Under the pieces are notes generated by a model. It saw only the letters and a program-made list of their open reading frames with translations. It made no database searches and was not told the origin of the DNA. The position numbers and the translations under genes were made by a program. From NCBI GenBank assembly GCA_030390025.1, contig CM059432.1, positions 15,192,001 to 15,256,000 of the forward strand: a DNA stretch of 64,000 nucleotides, in the 5' to 3' direction. The stretch is from Squalus acanthias. Its lineage: Eukaryota. Numbering within the stretch: the stretch's first letter is position 1; the number at the start of each line of letters is the position of its first letter. Positions 36,972 to 49,092 of this stretch are shown here, one piece after another.

Positions 36972-38146
36972 TTTTAATTTGTTTATGGGATCTGGGCGTC
37001 GCTGGCAAGGCCAGCATTTATTGCCCATCCCTAGTTGCCCTTGAGAAGGTGGTGGTGAGCCGCCTTCTTGAACCGCTGCAGTCCGTGTGGTGAAGGTACT
37101 CCCACAGTGCTGTTAGGGAGGGAGTTCCAGGATTTTGACCCAGCGACGATGAAGGATCGGCAATATACTTCTAAGTCAGGATGGTGTGTGAGTTGGAGGG
37201 AAACTTGGAGGTGGTGGTGTTCCCATGCGCCTGCTGCCCTTGTCCTTCTAGGGGGAAGAGGTCGCAGGTTTGGGAGGTGCTGCCAAGAAGCCTTGGCAAG
37301 TTGCTGCAGTGCATCTTGCAGATGGTACACACTGCAGCCACGGTACGCCGGTGGTGGAGGGAGTGAATGTTTAAGGTGGTGGATGGGGTGCCAATCAAGC
37401 GGGCTGCTTTGTCCTCGATGGTGTCGAGCTTCTTGAGTGTTGTTGGAGCTGCACTCATCCAGGCAAGTGGAGAGTATTCCATCACACTCCTTACTTGTGC
37501 CTTGTAGATGGCAGAAAGGCTTTGGGGAGTCAGGAGGTGAGACACTCGCCGCAGAATACCTAGCCTCTGACCTGCTCTTGTTGCCACAGTATTTATGTGG
37601 CTGGTCCAGTTAAGTTTCTGGTTAATGGTGACCCCTAGGATGTTGATAGTGGGGGATTCGGCGATGGTAATGCCATTGAATGTCAAGGGGAGGTGGTTAG
37701 ACTCTCGCTTTTTGGAGATAGTCATTGCCTGGCACTTCTGTGGCGCGAATGTTACCTGCCACTTATCAGCCCAAGCCTGAACGTCGTCCAGGTCTTGTTG
37801 CATGCGTGCATGGACTGCTTCATTATCTGAGGAGTTGTGAATGGCGCTGAACACTGTGCAGTCATCAGCGAACGTCCCCATTTCTGACCTTATGTTGGAG
37901 GGAAGATCATTGATGAAGCAGCTGAAGATGGTTGGGCCTAGGACACTGCCCTGAGGAACTCCTGCAGCGATGTCATGGGGCTGTGATGATTGGCCTTCAA
38001 CCACCACAACCATCTTCCTTTGTGCTAGGTATGACTCCAGCCAGTGGAGCGTTTCCCCGATTCCCATTGACTTCAGTTTTACTAGGGCTCCTTGATGCCA
38101 GACTCGGTCAAATGCTGCCTTGATGTCAAGGGCAGTCACTCTCACG
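36972..38146 (-). mobile_element. Non-LTR retrotransposon RT-to-3' fragment (same family as 12905-13802)
   Basis: Open frame [46 protein letters not shown]. Confidence 0.92.
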
Positions 38147-38412
38147 TCAGGAGGGACAGGAGCGCGCCTCCGCGCTCCACAAAAACAACCTGGATGCTGA
38201 CGCATCAGGTTCACCCCACCACCCCCTTCCCGAAAATGTACCTCCTCCACCAGAGCTCAATGAAAGCTGCCCAAGCGGCACTTGCTGTCCGCTCGCAGTC
38301 TGCCAGCCCTATGCGACGAAAGCCCGGCCCTCCTCACGGGACTATTGGGCAGCCGGCGGGCACGCTCCACCAGCCGGCCCCTCGAACACTCGCTCTCTGC
38401 TTCATTGTGCAA

Positions 38413-38669
38413 TAGGGTTGCCAACCCTCCAGGTTTGCCCTGGAGCCTCCAGGAATGAAAGATTAATCTCCTGGACCCAGCTTCGAATAACCCAGGAGAA
38501 ATATCATGGATGCATTAAAAAAAAAGGTGTCTTTTTTGATTTACTTTTAACGCTTTCTTTTATTAGTTACAAAAATATTAGAGATGGGAAATAAAGGCTG
38601 TTTGACTGGGCATTGGAGATCATGTAATGAAGCCTGCAGGAATATGTTTAACCAGGGTTGGCAATCCTG
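38413..38669. mobile_element. hAT-type MITE (257 bp)
   Basis: TIRs TAGGGTTGCCAACCCT / AGGGTTGGCAATCCTG; perfect 8-bp TSD TTGTGCAA (38405-38412, 38670-38677). Confidence 0.88.
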
Positions 38670-39159
38670 TTGTGCAATGTTAGCCAGTTGAATAATTATA
38701 TTAATTACAAATAAAGCAAGGAGATACTATATAATCCTGGAAATATAGGTTAATGCTGTCGACCGGACATATTGTTCAAATATTAACACGGGATTATGTC
38801 AAAGAGATAGGTTAAAACCTTCTTACTGATCTGCAATCAATGCAAATGATTTTTATCTTGATTTTTCAGCTGTTCAATCTAGCCATTAAGTCTGGTATTG
38901 ACAGCAACATCAGACTAACACAACGCATTAAATCAAAGATTTAATAACACTTACGGTTTCATTAGAAGTGTTTACAATTTTGTTTCATAGGCAATTGCCT
39001 ATAGCTGTACTATTAGGATTCAAATGTAATAATCTACCTAGTTACTATTACAGTGTGTACAAGCTTGTTTTGCACAAGATGTGGGCAAATATTTGTGGCT
39101 ATATCCTTAAACGTACGTGTCCAATCTATATTCCACTCCAGGGATGGTATACATTAAAA

Positions 39160-39590
39160 AAGAAAGAAAGACTTGCATTTATATAGCATCTTTCATGACC
39201 ACATGTCCCAAAGTGCTTGACAGCCAATGAAATACTTTTAAAGTGGCGTCACTGTTGTAATGTAGGAAACGTGGCAGCCAATTTGCGCACAGCAAGGTCT
39301 CTCAAACAGCAATGTGATAATGACCAGATAATCTGTTTTAGTGATGTTAATTGAAGGATAAATATTGTCCAGGACACCGGGGATAACTCCCCTGCTCTTC
39401 TTCAAAATAGCGCCACGGGATCTTTTACATCCACCTGAGAGAGCAGATGGGGCCTCGGTTTTAACATCTCTTCTGAAAGATGGCACCTCTGACAGTGCAG
39501 CACTCCCTCAGTGCTGCACTGGAGTGTCAGCCTAGATTTTATGCTCAAGTCTCTAGAGTGGGACTTGAACCCACAACCTTCTGACTCAGA
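39160..39590 (-). mobile_element. DeuSINE (SacSINE1-like), nearly full length
   Basis: Collinear with 19893-20330. Confidence 0.9.
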
Positions 39591-41050
39591 TTAGTAATTT
39601 GTTTTTATTTGTTCTGGGATGTGGGCGTCACTGGCATTTATTGCCCATCCCTAATTGCCCTCATTAACTTTAAAATTCTACGCAAAAATAAATGTAAAAT
39701 CATATTTGCTTTTATTTTCTTTTGTTCCTACTGTTACTGGGTTGAAAGCGGGACTTATTTCAGCAGCACTCTCCTCACTCATTTTTTCAAGCCTTCAAAA
39801 ACTGTGGAACTTCTTACCTCCTCTCATCGCTAAGCTTTTAAAACCCAAGGTGGCACAATCACTACTTCCCGATTGACCGGATTTCTTCTACTCTTTTCAA
39901 TCAATATGATCGGCCTTGGCCCTTCACCCAAGTTCCTTGATGTTCGAAAAATCATGATAAAGCTGCTATTAAAATGGACAACTTAAAAAAAACTCATCAA
40001 ATAATAATCTACATGTTTCACATCCGATCCTCTGGAAGTATCTGTAATTCAATCAATAAAGTATTCCATCATGCAGTTAAGGGAAATGATCAAAGCTGGC
40101 TTTACATGAAACGAGGGTACAATCTCAATTTAATAAATGAAGTTTGAAACAAAAGATTAGAGAGCTGCTGATTTTATTTAGAAAATGAAAATATGAGCCA
40201 AAGACAATCTCCCCATCAGACACAAAACACATATTGTATCCCTTTGGGAAATATCCTGCGTTAGTTTTATAAGGCAGCATAATTCATGTCGTTTTGAAGT
40301 TAATTGCCAAACTACACCTGTTTTTTTTCTTTCTTTCATTCTTGATAACTGATATTTTGTCAAACAATCCACTTGTTGTAACAAGTGTACCGCTGTATTG
40401 TTTACACAGCATTGTTTGACTTATGTTTCTATTCAGGGACTGTTCCATTTTGGGTCCTTTATAATACAATTGCTCCCCAGTGTATTAAACAATGGTTGAG
40501 ACAGATTAATGGTCTCCAGCTCACAAACCTTACACACCGTAAGTGTAGGTAGGTGATTGTGCCCGTGGTAAAACCGGCGGGGTCCTACTTTAAATATGCC
40601 TATCGGGCTCTGATGGTGATGGCATTGGGGCCCCGACTGCTATTTTAACCAGAAGTCTCGCAGAGAAGCCTGTTGTGGCTTTCACCCCATGCCAACCTGG
40701 CGGGAAGAGGAGTCGGGGCACTCCTGCTCCTCCGGGCCCCACAAGGAAAGATTGGGCCTCCCTACGCCAATTGCGAGGAGCTCCTGAACCCCCCCCCCCC
40801 CCGCGATTTACCTGAGTACCGGGGACCACTTCTTCTGTCCCCAGCAGCCGCCTCCCGCTGCCCGGCATTGCGCCTCTGCCTGCAGGCCAGCTGCCACTTC
40901 CCGCCGGGAAACTGACTGAGGCGATGCAGATGTGGCCCGGCAGTTAAAATCTCCCGGGCCTCGAGCTGCCGAGAGCAAGACAGTTTGCCTTCTGCCTTAG
41001 CCGCTGCCCGTCTGACTCCAGCCCAGAGTTAAAATTAGGGCTGAAACCAT

Positions 41051-41303
41051 GGGCTGGATTTTGATACTGGGGCGGGTTGGGGTCGTGTCATCCGCTTTTC
41101 GTGTTATCCACCCGACTGCAATTGGATGTGGGAGATTGATGCAATTTTCACCTAATTGGGCAATTGAGTTCCAGCATGTGGGAACCCATGAACCAATTAG
41201 TGTTTTCAGTCTGAAAGTCGCCTCTGATGATGTCATCATTGCTGCTGCATTGAAGGTCTTCAGAGACTGCCTGGCCTTTGCTGTGAGAGGACCTGGATGG
41301 ATG

Positions 41304-41339
<36 letters not shown>

Positions 41340-41732
41340 TTTCCCAGATATGTCTCCTCCACCACTCCCAGATGCCTGCCAGCCACTCACTCACTGATAG
41401 TCAGCCCAGCCACTGATAGTCAGCTATCCAAATGTGCTCCCGCCAGGTTTCACAATCGTGGTTCAGAACAGGCGTGCTTCACGTAGAACAAGGGTTAAAA
41501 TCACAAAGGTCTTTCAAAATGGCATTATAGAGGCAATTTAGTGCTTGTTAAGGGCCTTAACAGCCTATCCCGTCTCTTAAAGGCGGGACGCAGTCGGGAC
41601 CAGCAGACACGATTTAATGAAAATTGCGTGGAGGCGGGATAGAGGCGGACTTGTGCCCACCCGCCAGTTTTTGCAATTTTAACCCCCCACACGCCTCCAA
41701 ACTCGCCTCCACGGGTCAATGAAAATCCAGCC
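41051..41732. mobile_element. Harbinger-type MITE (682 bp)
   Basis: 12-bp TIRs GGGCTGGATTTT / AAAATCCAGCCC; TSD imperfect. Confidence 0.75.
41308..41336. repeat. (AG)n microsatellite
   Basis: About 14 perfect AG units. Confidence 0.95.
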
Positions 41733-41994
41733 CGTTAACTCTGTTTCTCTCTCCACGGATGCTGCCTGGCCTGCTGAGCGTTTCCAGCATTTCTGTTGTT
41801 ATTTCAGATTTCCAGCATCCGCAGTATTTTGCTATTGTATTAAAATTAGGGCTTCTTTTTCTAAAGTCCTCCGCCTTTTACTTCTACACTCACATTCAAA
41901 CGTCTCCTCAAAGTCTAACTCTGACCAAACAATTAGTTACCTTTACCAACTCCTAATTGTTGGCCATTTCCTTTAAAACAAAAAGTTAGATACT

Positions 41995-42126
41995 GGGGAG
42001 AGAAACTGAGTTAACAAACGTTTCAGTTCTGACGAAAGGTCATCGACCTGAAACGTTAACTCTGTTTCTTTCTCTACAGATGCCGCCTGACCTGCTGAGT
42101 GTTTCCAGCATTTTATGTTGTTATTT
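41995..42126 (+). mobile_element. Family A PLE fragment with short inverted pLTR head and intact hammerhead core (42025-42061)
   Basis: AGTT-CTGACGA-A-AGGTC/ATC/GACCT-GAAA-CGTT-AACT, preceded by gagagaaactgagttaac(aaa)cgtttcag, an inverted copy of the downstream ctgaaacgttaactctgtttct. Confidence 0.8.
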
Positions 42127-42699
42127 ATTGAACATTTCTCTCCCCTTCTGTGAAGCATCTTGAGAAATCCTGGAATGTAGAGGCCTTCCATCATAGCAAA
42201 TTGTTGGACAGGCAGAGTTTGGAGAGGAGTTTGGGCAGTTTGAACCGACCTGCCATTTTTAAAAAAAAGGAAACTTTGCTCCATTGGGAGTTTTTAGGCA
42301 TTCGGTTCCTAGAACAGCCAAATCCAGAAAGTCTGCTCAAAGAATGGTGAATTCACTATCGGAGTAAATTCATGAGACCACATTTTCCACTAACAGTGAA
42401 GGAAAGTTTCTGCAGCAGATTCAGTCGGAAGGTTTTTCCAAAAAAAACTCTTTTTCCACCTAGTGTCAGTAACCAGTATTCCCGGGTTAGGTATGGTAAA
42501 TTTAGATAGAGAGTACAAAGTTCCCTTTATATTGTCACAACAATGCTGCTAAACCCCAAATTCAGAAGAACACCCCAACTGTATCAATGTGCCATTTGTG
42601 GCCTTACAGCCTCACCGAGTGGGACTGATAAGTTCGTACCAATTATGGGCAGCTTTGATCCGTAGCTTCACAGCAACTTGAGCCCAAACTTAAAATTCT

Positions 42700-43106
42700 C
42701 ATTCTTAAAATTCAAATCCCTTCATGGCCTTGCATCTCCATGTCTCTATAATCTCTTCCAGCCCTACAATTCCTCTGCCCCCCGCCCCTCCCACCCGTCC
42801 TGCTGCCCCCCAACCCCCCTGCCACCACCCTCCCCAGATTCTCCATTCTTCTGACTCTGGCCTTTTATGCATACCCACCCACCCAACCCCACCCACCCAC
42901 CTTTGCCCAACCATTGATAGCTGTTCTTTCAGTCGTGTTGGTCCCATGGAATTCCCCCCCTAAACCCCTCTGCCTCTCCTCTTTTAAGGTCCTCGTCCTG
43001 ATATCTCCGTTGTCTTGGTATCTATTTTTATCTGATTACGCTTCTGCAAAGTGACTTGGGACGTTTTTCTGATTAAAAACGCTATATAAATGCAAGTTGT
43101 TGTTGA
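42700..43106 (+). mobile_element. L2 3' fragment
   Basis: aaaattctcattctt...ttcaaatcccttcatggcc; ends acgctatataaatgcaagttgttgttg. Confidence 0.75.
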
Positions 43107-43254
43107 TTTAATAGAAGTAGAAGACGAGCATGGAGAGGAGACTGTGCCGTTGCATGGGCTAGCTACCACAGAACAAAATCTGAGAGTTACATTCATGGTC
43201 TCCCAATACCTTCCATTGCCACATAAGGAAGCAGAAATTCTGGTATTACAGAAA

Positions 43255-43714
43255 AAGAAAAAGAAAGACTTCCATTTATACAGCGTCTTTCATGACCTCA
43301 GGATGTCCCAAAGTGCTTTACAGCCAATGCAGTACTTTTAAAGTGGAGTCACTGTTGTAATGCAGGAAACGCGGCAGCCAATCTGCGCACAGCAAGCTCC
43401 CACAAACAGCAATGCAATAATGACCAGATAGCCTTTTTTTTTAATGATGTTGATTGAGGGATAAATATTGGCCAGGATATAGATGAGAACGCCCCTGCTC
43501 TTCTTGGAAATAGTGCCACGGGATCTTTTACGTCCACCTGAGAGAGCAGACGGGGCCTCGGTTTAACGTTTCATCCGACAGTGTAGCGCTCCCTCAGCAC
43601 TGCACTGGGGTGTCAGCCTAGATTTTTGTGTTCAAGTCTCTGGAGTGGGACTGTGAACCCACAACCTCCTGACTCAGAGGCAAGAGCGCTACCCACTGAG
43701 CCACGGCTGACACT
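43255..43714 (-). mobile_element. Full-length DeuSINE (SacSINE1-like)
   Basis: Collinear with 19893-20362, including the tRNA-derived head. Confidence 0.9.
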
Positions 43715-46700
43715 AGCCAACAGTATTGAGGCTAGCACTTTGGGTGGAATACAGCAATCTGAAATATATAAACTACAAACGCACAAAACAAGTCTTATAA
43801 GAGCATACTCAAGGAAATGATGGCAATACGGTACTTATCTCTTCAGCTTTACTGTGTATGCTATGTCTCAGCTGACAGACAATGGTATAGACTCGTGTTG
43901 TAGGAAAACAAAAGCACCTCTATAGCCCATGGCACTCAACATAAAACTATACAAAGTGTTGTGAAAAGCATGTGTGACACATCAATAAGCCAGAGAGCAT
44001 GCTCGCCCCAGGCAGCACTCACTTACAAGAATAATTTACTCCGATTCCTCTTATTTTTTCTGCGCGTGACTTAAGGCAGTAATAACCTAGAAATGTTCTG
44101 TCGTATTTGCAGAAATTATTACAGGAATTAAAACATGCCGGGGAGCTGAGAAACGGCATTTCATCAGGGTCAGAGTCGAAAATATGAGAATGTTACAGGC
44201 TTCACAATACACTCGAATGACCTGCAGCTTTTCCAGGGTAAACAAGTACAGTCATGTCCCTGGATGCTTTTCCACAAAATCAGTTTTGACAAATGAATGG
44301 GTTTTAGGTTCATGTGTTGTAAGTTGCCATAGAAACGCTAAGATCAAACAACAACAACAAAAAGTTGCTGTGAATTGAGTCGCATTAAACTAACAACACT
44401 TCAGCGTCCAGTTTTGTACAGGGGATTTTTTTTTGTGTTTGTTTTGAACAAGTGCTTCTAACATTAAACATTTGCCTCAGATTTCCTTCACAGCATCGCA
44501 AGCTTATTTACGGATCGCAGCTTGGTAACAGGAGCGGATTAACAGTGTGATTCAGCTTCATTAGAAAATGCTTGCTTGTAGCCATTGGGTTAAGCGGTGA
44601 TTACCCTTTACGGTACATTGGCCTATCACAGACATTCAGGCCTATAAATCCGGCTGCGCTTCGGCCGACTAAGCCCCCAATTTGCGGAGGTGCGCAGCCT
44701 GCCATATTGGGAAAGGAAAAAAAAGTCATTGGGCAGTTCCCATGCCTGAAGCAGGTGTTAGATGCCTTGCTTATGCAATTAGGGCCTGTTTGAGGCCCTA
44801 ACTGCAATAAACGCTGGCCTTGCCAGTGATGCCTACATCCCAGAAATGAATATAGAAAAAACTGCAAGATTGGTTTGCACTGAAGAACAGGCCTTGCAAC
44901 CGCCTGTTACCAACAAAGTAAGTTTGTGAAATATAGCTCCTTGAATGTGGAGCTGGAAGGAGCAGGAGTGCTCTTCCCGCCCCGACATTTAAATAACACC
45001 CACGGCATTCTTCCAATCACTGGGTGGAACACCGTGGGTGAATTTCTATGTGGGTTCTCCTGATTGTCTCCCGTAACTTTGACAGAAGAACCGCGGAAAA
45101 AATGGCAAAATCCAGGAAAAAGAACATCAAAAACAGCTCAAAATAACATCCCGTGCACTCAATTCATATGGATGAAATGAAGAATCGGTCTGCTCCTAGA
45201 ATAAAGGCCCGGACATATCATCGGTTTCCAAATGAGGCCACTTCTGCTGCAGCAACATATTTAAGTAAAGCTCTTGCCTATTTCTGGTCGGAGCTTTGCG
45301 CATCAGTCATATGCTCCACCAGAAATGCACGTCATACACCTTGCAGGCAGGGTTCGGGCAGAAGTGAAGTCCGCCCATATTTCTAGTCAGTTATGCCCTG
45401 ATCACCCCAACAATGACAGTTGACAAATTACTCTAACGGGCACAGGACTCTAGGTCTACGTGAAGGGACATTCACCACATCAATTTTCCTCGGGTTTAAA
45501 TTGTTCGTCTTGTATTATTTTTGTGAGGGTGTTTTCTACTCAGACTCCAGTAAATTGTACTGCCTACCTTTCTGAGCTATATAAAATTAATACAAAGGCC
45601 TTTTAGTTGCCACTTTCTCATCACTGATGGTCAGTGCAAGTTCCATATGGCCCTGATTTTTAACTTCAGGTGGAATCCCCGCTCAGGCCTGAGTTAAAAT
45701 TACAGTGGGCTCTCAATGATGTCATCAGACCACAACATGCATATGTAAAGAAGGACCCTGTTGGCTCCGGGCGCGTGTCCTTGCTGCCTGCTCAGGAGAG
45801 CGGGTTAAAATTGCAGATGTTGCGATCATGATGGCTTTCGAACAGGCGAGAGCCAGGGTGATTTTAACCGCCCACCCGCCAGGCTTCTGCTGAGCGAGGA
45901 GGGTTAAAATCGCCCCCCCCTCCCCCCCACCCCATTTTTAATATCAGTTTTCTTTCCACTGGCTCCAGAGCTGCTGTAGATGTTTTTGCCTTGGTATTTG
46001 ACTGTTCTGGAGGTTGTAACTGCTGCTTAGCTGCTCCCTTGTGGTACTTTACCATGCTCATCACGAGGAAACCAATTTGCTATTGCTCAGTTCTGCTCGG
46101 ACACCAGCAATTTTTTTCACGTGGACAGCAAATGGTGCTAAGTGCAGAAATGTGTAGGAATTGTTACGTTGCATCAAATCACTTGCCCTACTTAACCGTG
46201 TGTTTTTTTCTTAGCTCTGGCATGTTGTTGTGGAATTTAATGAATAATACATTATTCCAGTGGTTTTGATAACTGAGAAGGCAACAAAGGTTGCAGCGTA
46301 CAAGCTCCAAAGCAGCTCATTGCCATTGCATTCGCTTCAACGAAGGCCCAACGAGTGGCAGTTTTGCTTCTTTCAAATTTTTACGTAGGATTACACAGGA
46401 TTACATAGGATATACGGCACAGCAACAGGCCATTCGGCCCAACCAGTCCATGCCGGCATTTATGCTCCACTCGAGCCTCCTCCTGTCTTTCCTCATCTAA
46501 ATCTATTAGCATAACCCTCTATTCCCTTCTCCCTCATGTGCTTGTCCAGCCTCCCCTTAAATGCATCTATACTTTTCGCTTCAACCACTCCCTGTGGTAG
46601 CGAGTTCCACATTCTCACCACTCCCTGGGTAAAGAAGTTCTTCTGAATTCCCTATTGGATTTCTTGGTGACTATCTTGTATTGATGGCCTCTAGTTATGC

Positions 46701-48091
46701 TCTTCCCCACAAGTGGAAACATTCTCTCTGTATCCACTCTATCAAAACCTCTCATAATTTTAAAGACCTCTATTAGGTCACCCCTCAGCCTTCTTTTTTC
46801 AAGAGAAAAAAGACCCAGCCTGTTCATTCTTTCCTGATATGTATACCCTCGCATTTCTGGTATCATCCTTGTAAATCTTCTCTGCACCCTCTCCAGTGCC
46901 TCCATATCCTTTTTATAATATGGCGACCAGAACTGTACACAGTACTCCAAGTGTAGTCTAACCAAGGTTCGATACAGGTTTAGCATAACTTCCCTACTTT
47001 TCAATTCTATCCCTCTAGAAATAAACCCTAGTGCTTGGTTTGCTTTTATTATGGCCTTGCTAACCTGTGGCGCAACTTTTAGTGATTTGTGTATTTGTAC
47101 TCCGAGATCCCTTTGTTCCTCTACCCCACCTAGACTCGCACCCTCCAAGTGATAAGTGACCTCCCTATTCTTCCTACCAAAATGTAATACCTCACATTTA
47201 TCTGTGTTGAACTTCATTTGCCAATTATTTGCCCATTCTGCAAGTTTATTAATGTCCTCCTGTAATTTGTTGCAGTCCTCCTCAGTATTGACTATCCCCC
47301 CAATTTGGTATCATCCGCAAATTTAGAAATTATGTTTTTGATTCCAAAATCTAAATTGTTAATATAAATTGTGAACAGCAGTGGTCCCAGCACTGACCCT
47401 TGTGGAACACCACTACCCACCTTCTGCCACTGTGAATAGCTACCCTTTACTCCCACTCTCTGCTTTCTGTCTTGAAGCCAGCAAGCTATCCATTCTGCTA
47501 CTTGCCCCCTGACTCTGCATTCTCTGACCCTATTCATTAGTCTATTATGGGTTACCTTATCGAAGGCCTTTTGAAAATCTAGATGAATTAACACTGTCTA
47601 CTCTCTCTGTTACCTCTTCAAAAATTCAATGAGGTTGGTCAAGCAAGATTTTCCCTTTTGAAATCCATGCTGACTATTCATTATTATACTTTTCATTTCT
47701 AGATGTTCTTCTATTTTCTCCTTTAGTAAGGATTCCATTATTTTTCCTACCACCGATGTTAAGTTGACTGCTTTATAATTCCCTGGACATGTTCTATCCC
47801 CCTTCTTAAATATATGTATTACGTTAGCAATTCGCCAGTCATCTGGCACTACACCTTTTTCTAATGAATTATTAAATATGTGTTGCCTCTGCTATCTCTT
47901 CCCTAGATTCTTTTAAAATGCGTGGATGCAATCCATCCGGACCAGGGGTTTTATCCTCTTTGAGCTTGATTAGTTTATTTAATATATCCCCTTTTGTTAT
48001 TTTAAATGCACTTATCTCATTACTATTCTCGTCATCTAATGTCATGTCCACCTGTTCTATCTCCCTGGTAAATACCGAAGCGAAATAATGA

Positions 48092-48313
48092 GTCACAGAG
48101 TCATATGGCACAGAAGGAGGCCATTCGGCCCATCTAGTCCGTGCCGGCTCTCTGTAGAGCAATCCAGTCAGTCCCATTCCCCCGCTCTAGCCCCGTAGCC
48201 CTGCAAGTTTATTTCCCTCAAGTGCCTATCCAGTCTCCCCTTGAAAACATTGAGTGTCTCCACTTCCACCACTTCCGTCGGCAGCAAATTCCAGGTCCTC
48301 ACCACTCGCTGCG
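48092..48313 (-). mobile_element. Short CR1 3' fragment nested in CR1
   Basis: TSD taatga (48086-48091, 48314-48319); CR1-type hairpin and tail. Confidence 0.8.
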
Positions 48314-49092
48314 TAATGATTTAATATTTCTGCCATCTCCCTATCGTTGCCTGTGGCATTGTCCTGTCTATCCCTTAATGACTCTATTCCCATCCCAACT
48401 TTCCTTTTTTTATTGATGTGCCTGTAAAATATTTTACTATTTTGTTTTATGTTCCTTGATAATTTAATTTCATAGTTCCTCTTTGCCTTCCTAATTGTTT
48501 TTTTGACTTCTCTCCTAATCCCTTCATATTCTCTCTTATCATACACTGCTCTGCTATCTATGTACTTAATGTATGCCTCTTTCCTTACCCTCAATTGTTC
48601 CCTTATGTCTTTATTCATCCATGGAGTCTCATTCGTGTTTAGTTTGTTCTTTCCTTTTAGCGGAGTATATTTTTCCTGCACTCTGTTGAACACCATTTTA
48701 AATGTCTCCCATTGTTGTTCTACATCGTTGTTTGCCAATATTGTTGCCCATTTTATCTTCCCAACTTCTATTCTTAGCGCCTCAAAATCAGCTTTTCTCC
48801 AATCTATTAATCTGGTTTTTGTCATACTTATGTCCTTCCCTATTATCATCTTAAAACATATTATATTATGACCACTATTGCCTATATGTTCCCCTACTTT
48901 TACTTCTCTTATCTGCTCTGGCTCATTCCCCATTACTAGATCCAATAGTGAATCCTCCCTTGTTGGGCTTTTTACATATTGGGTTAGAAAGGAGTCCTGT
49001 AGACATTGTAGGAACTCCATTCCCTTATCCCCTTTACCTACCTCTTCCGTCCAATTAATATCGGGGTAGTTGAAATCCTCCATTATTATTAT

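Larger units (their letters stand above)
41043..41839 (+). mobile_element. Short family A PLE 3' fragment split by a MITE
   Basis: 14-bp direct repeat ttaaaattagggct (41029-41042, 41840-41853). gaaac at 41043 joins gttaactctgtttctctctccacggatgctgcc at 41733 once the MITE is removed. Confidence 0.75.
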
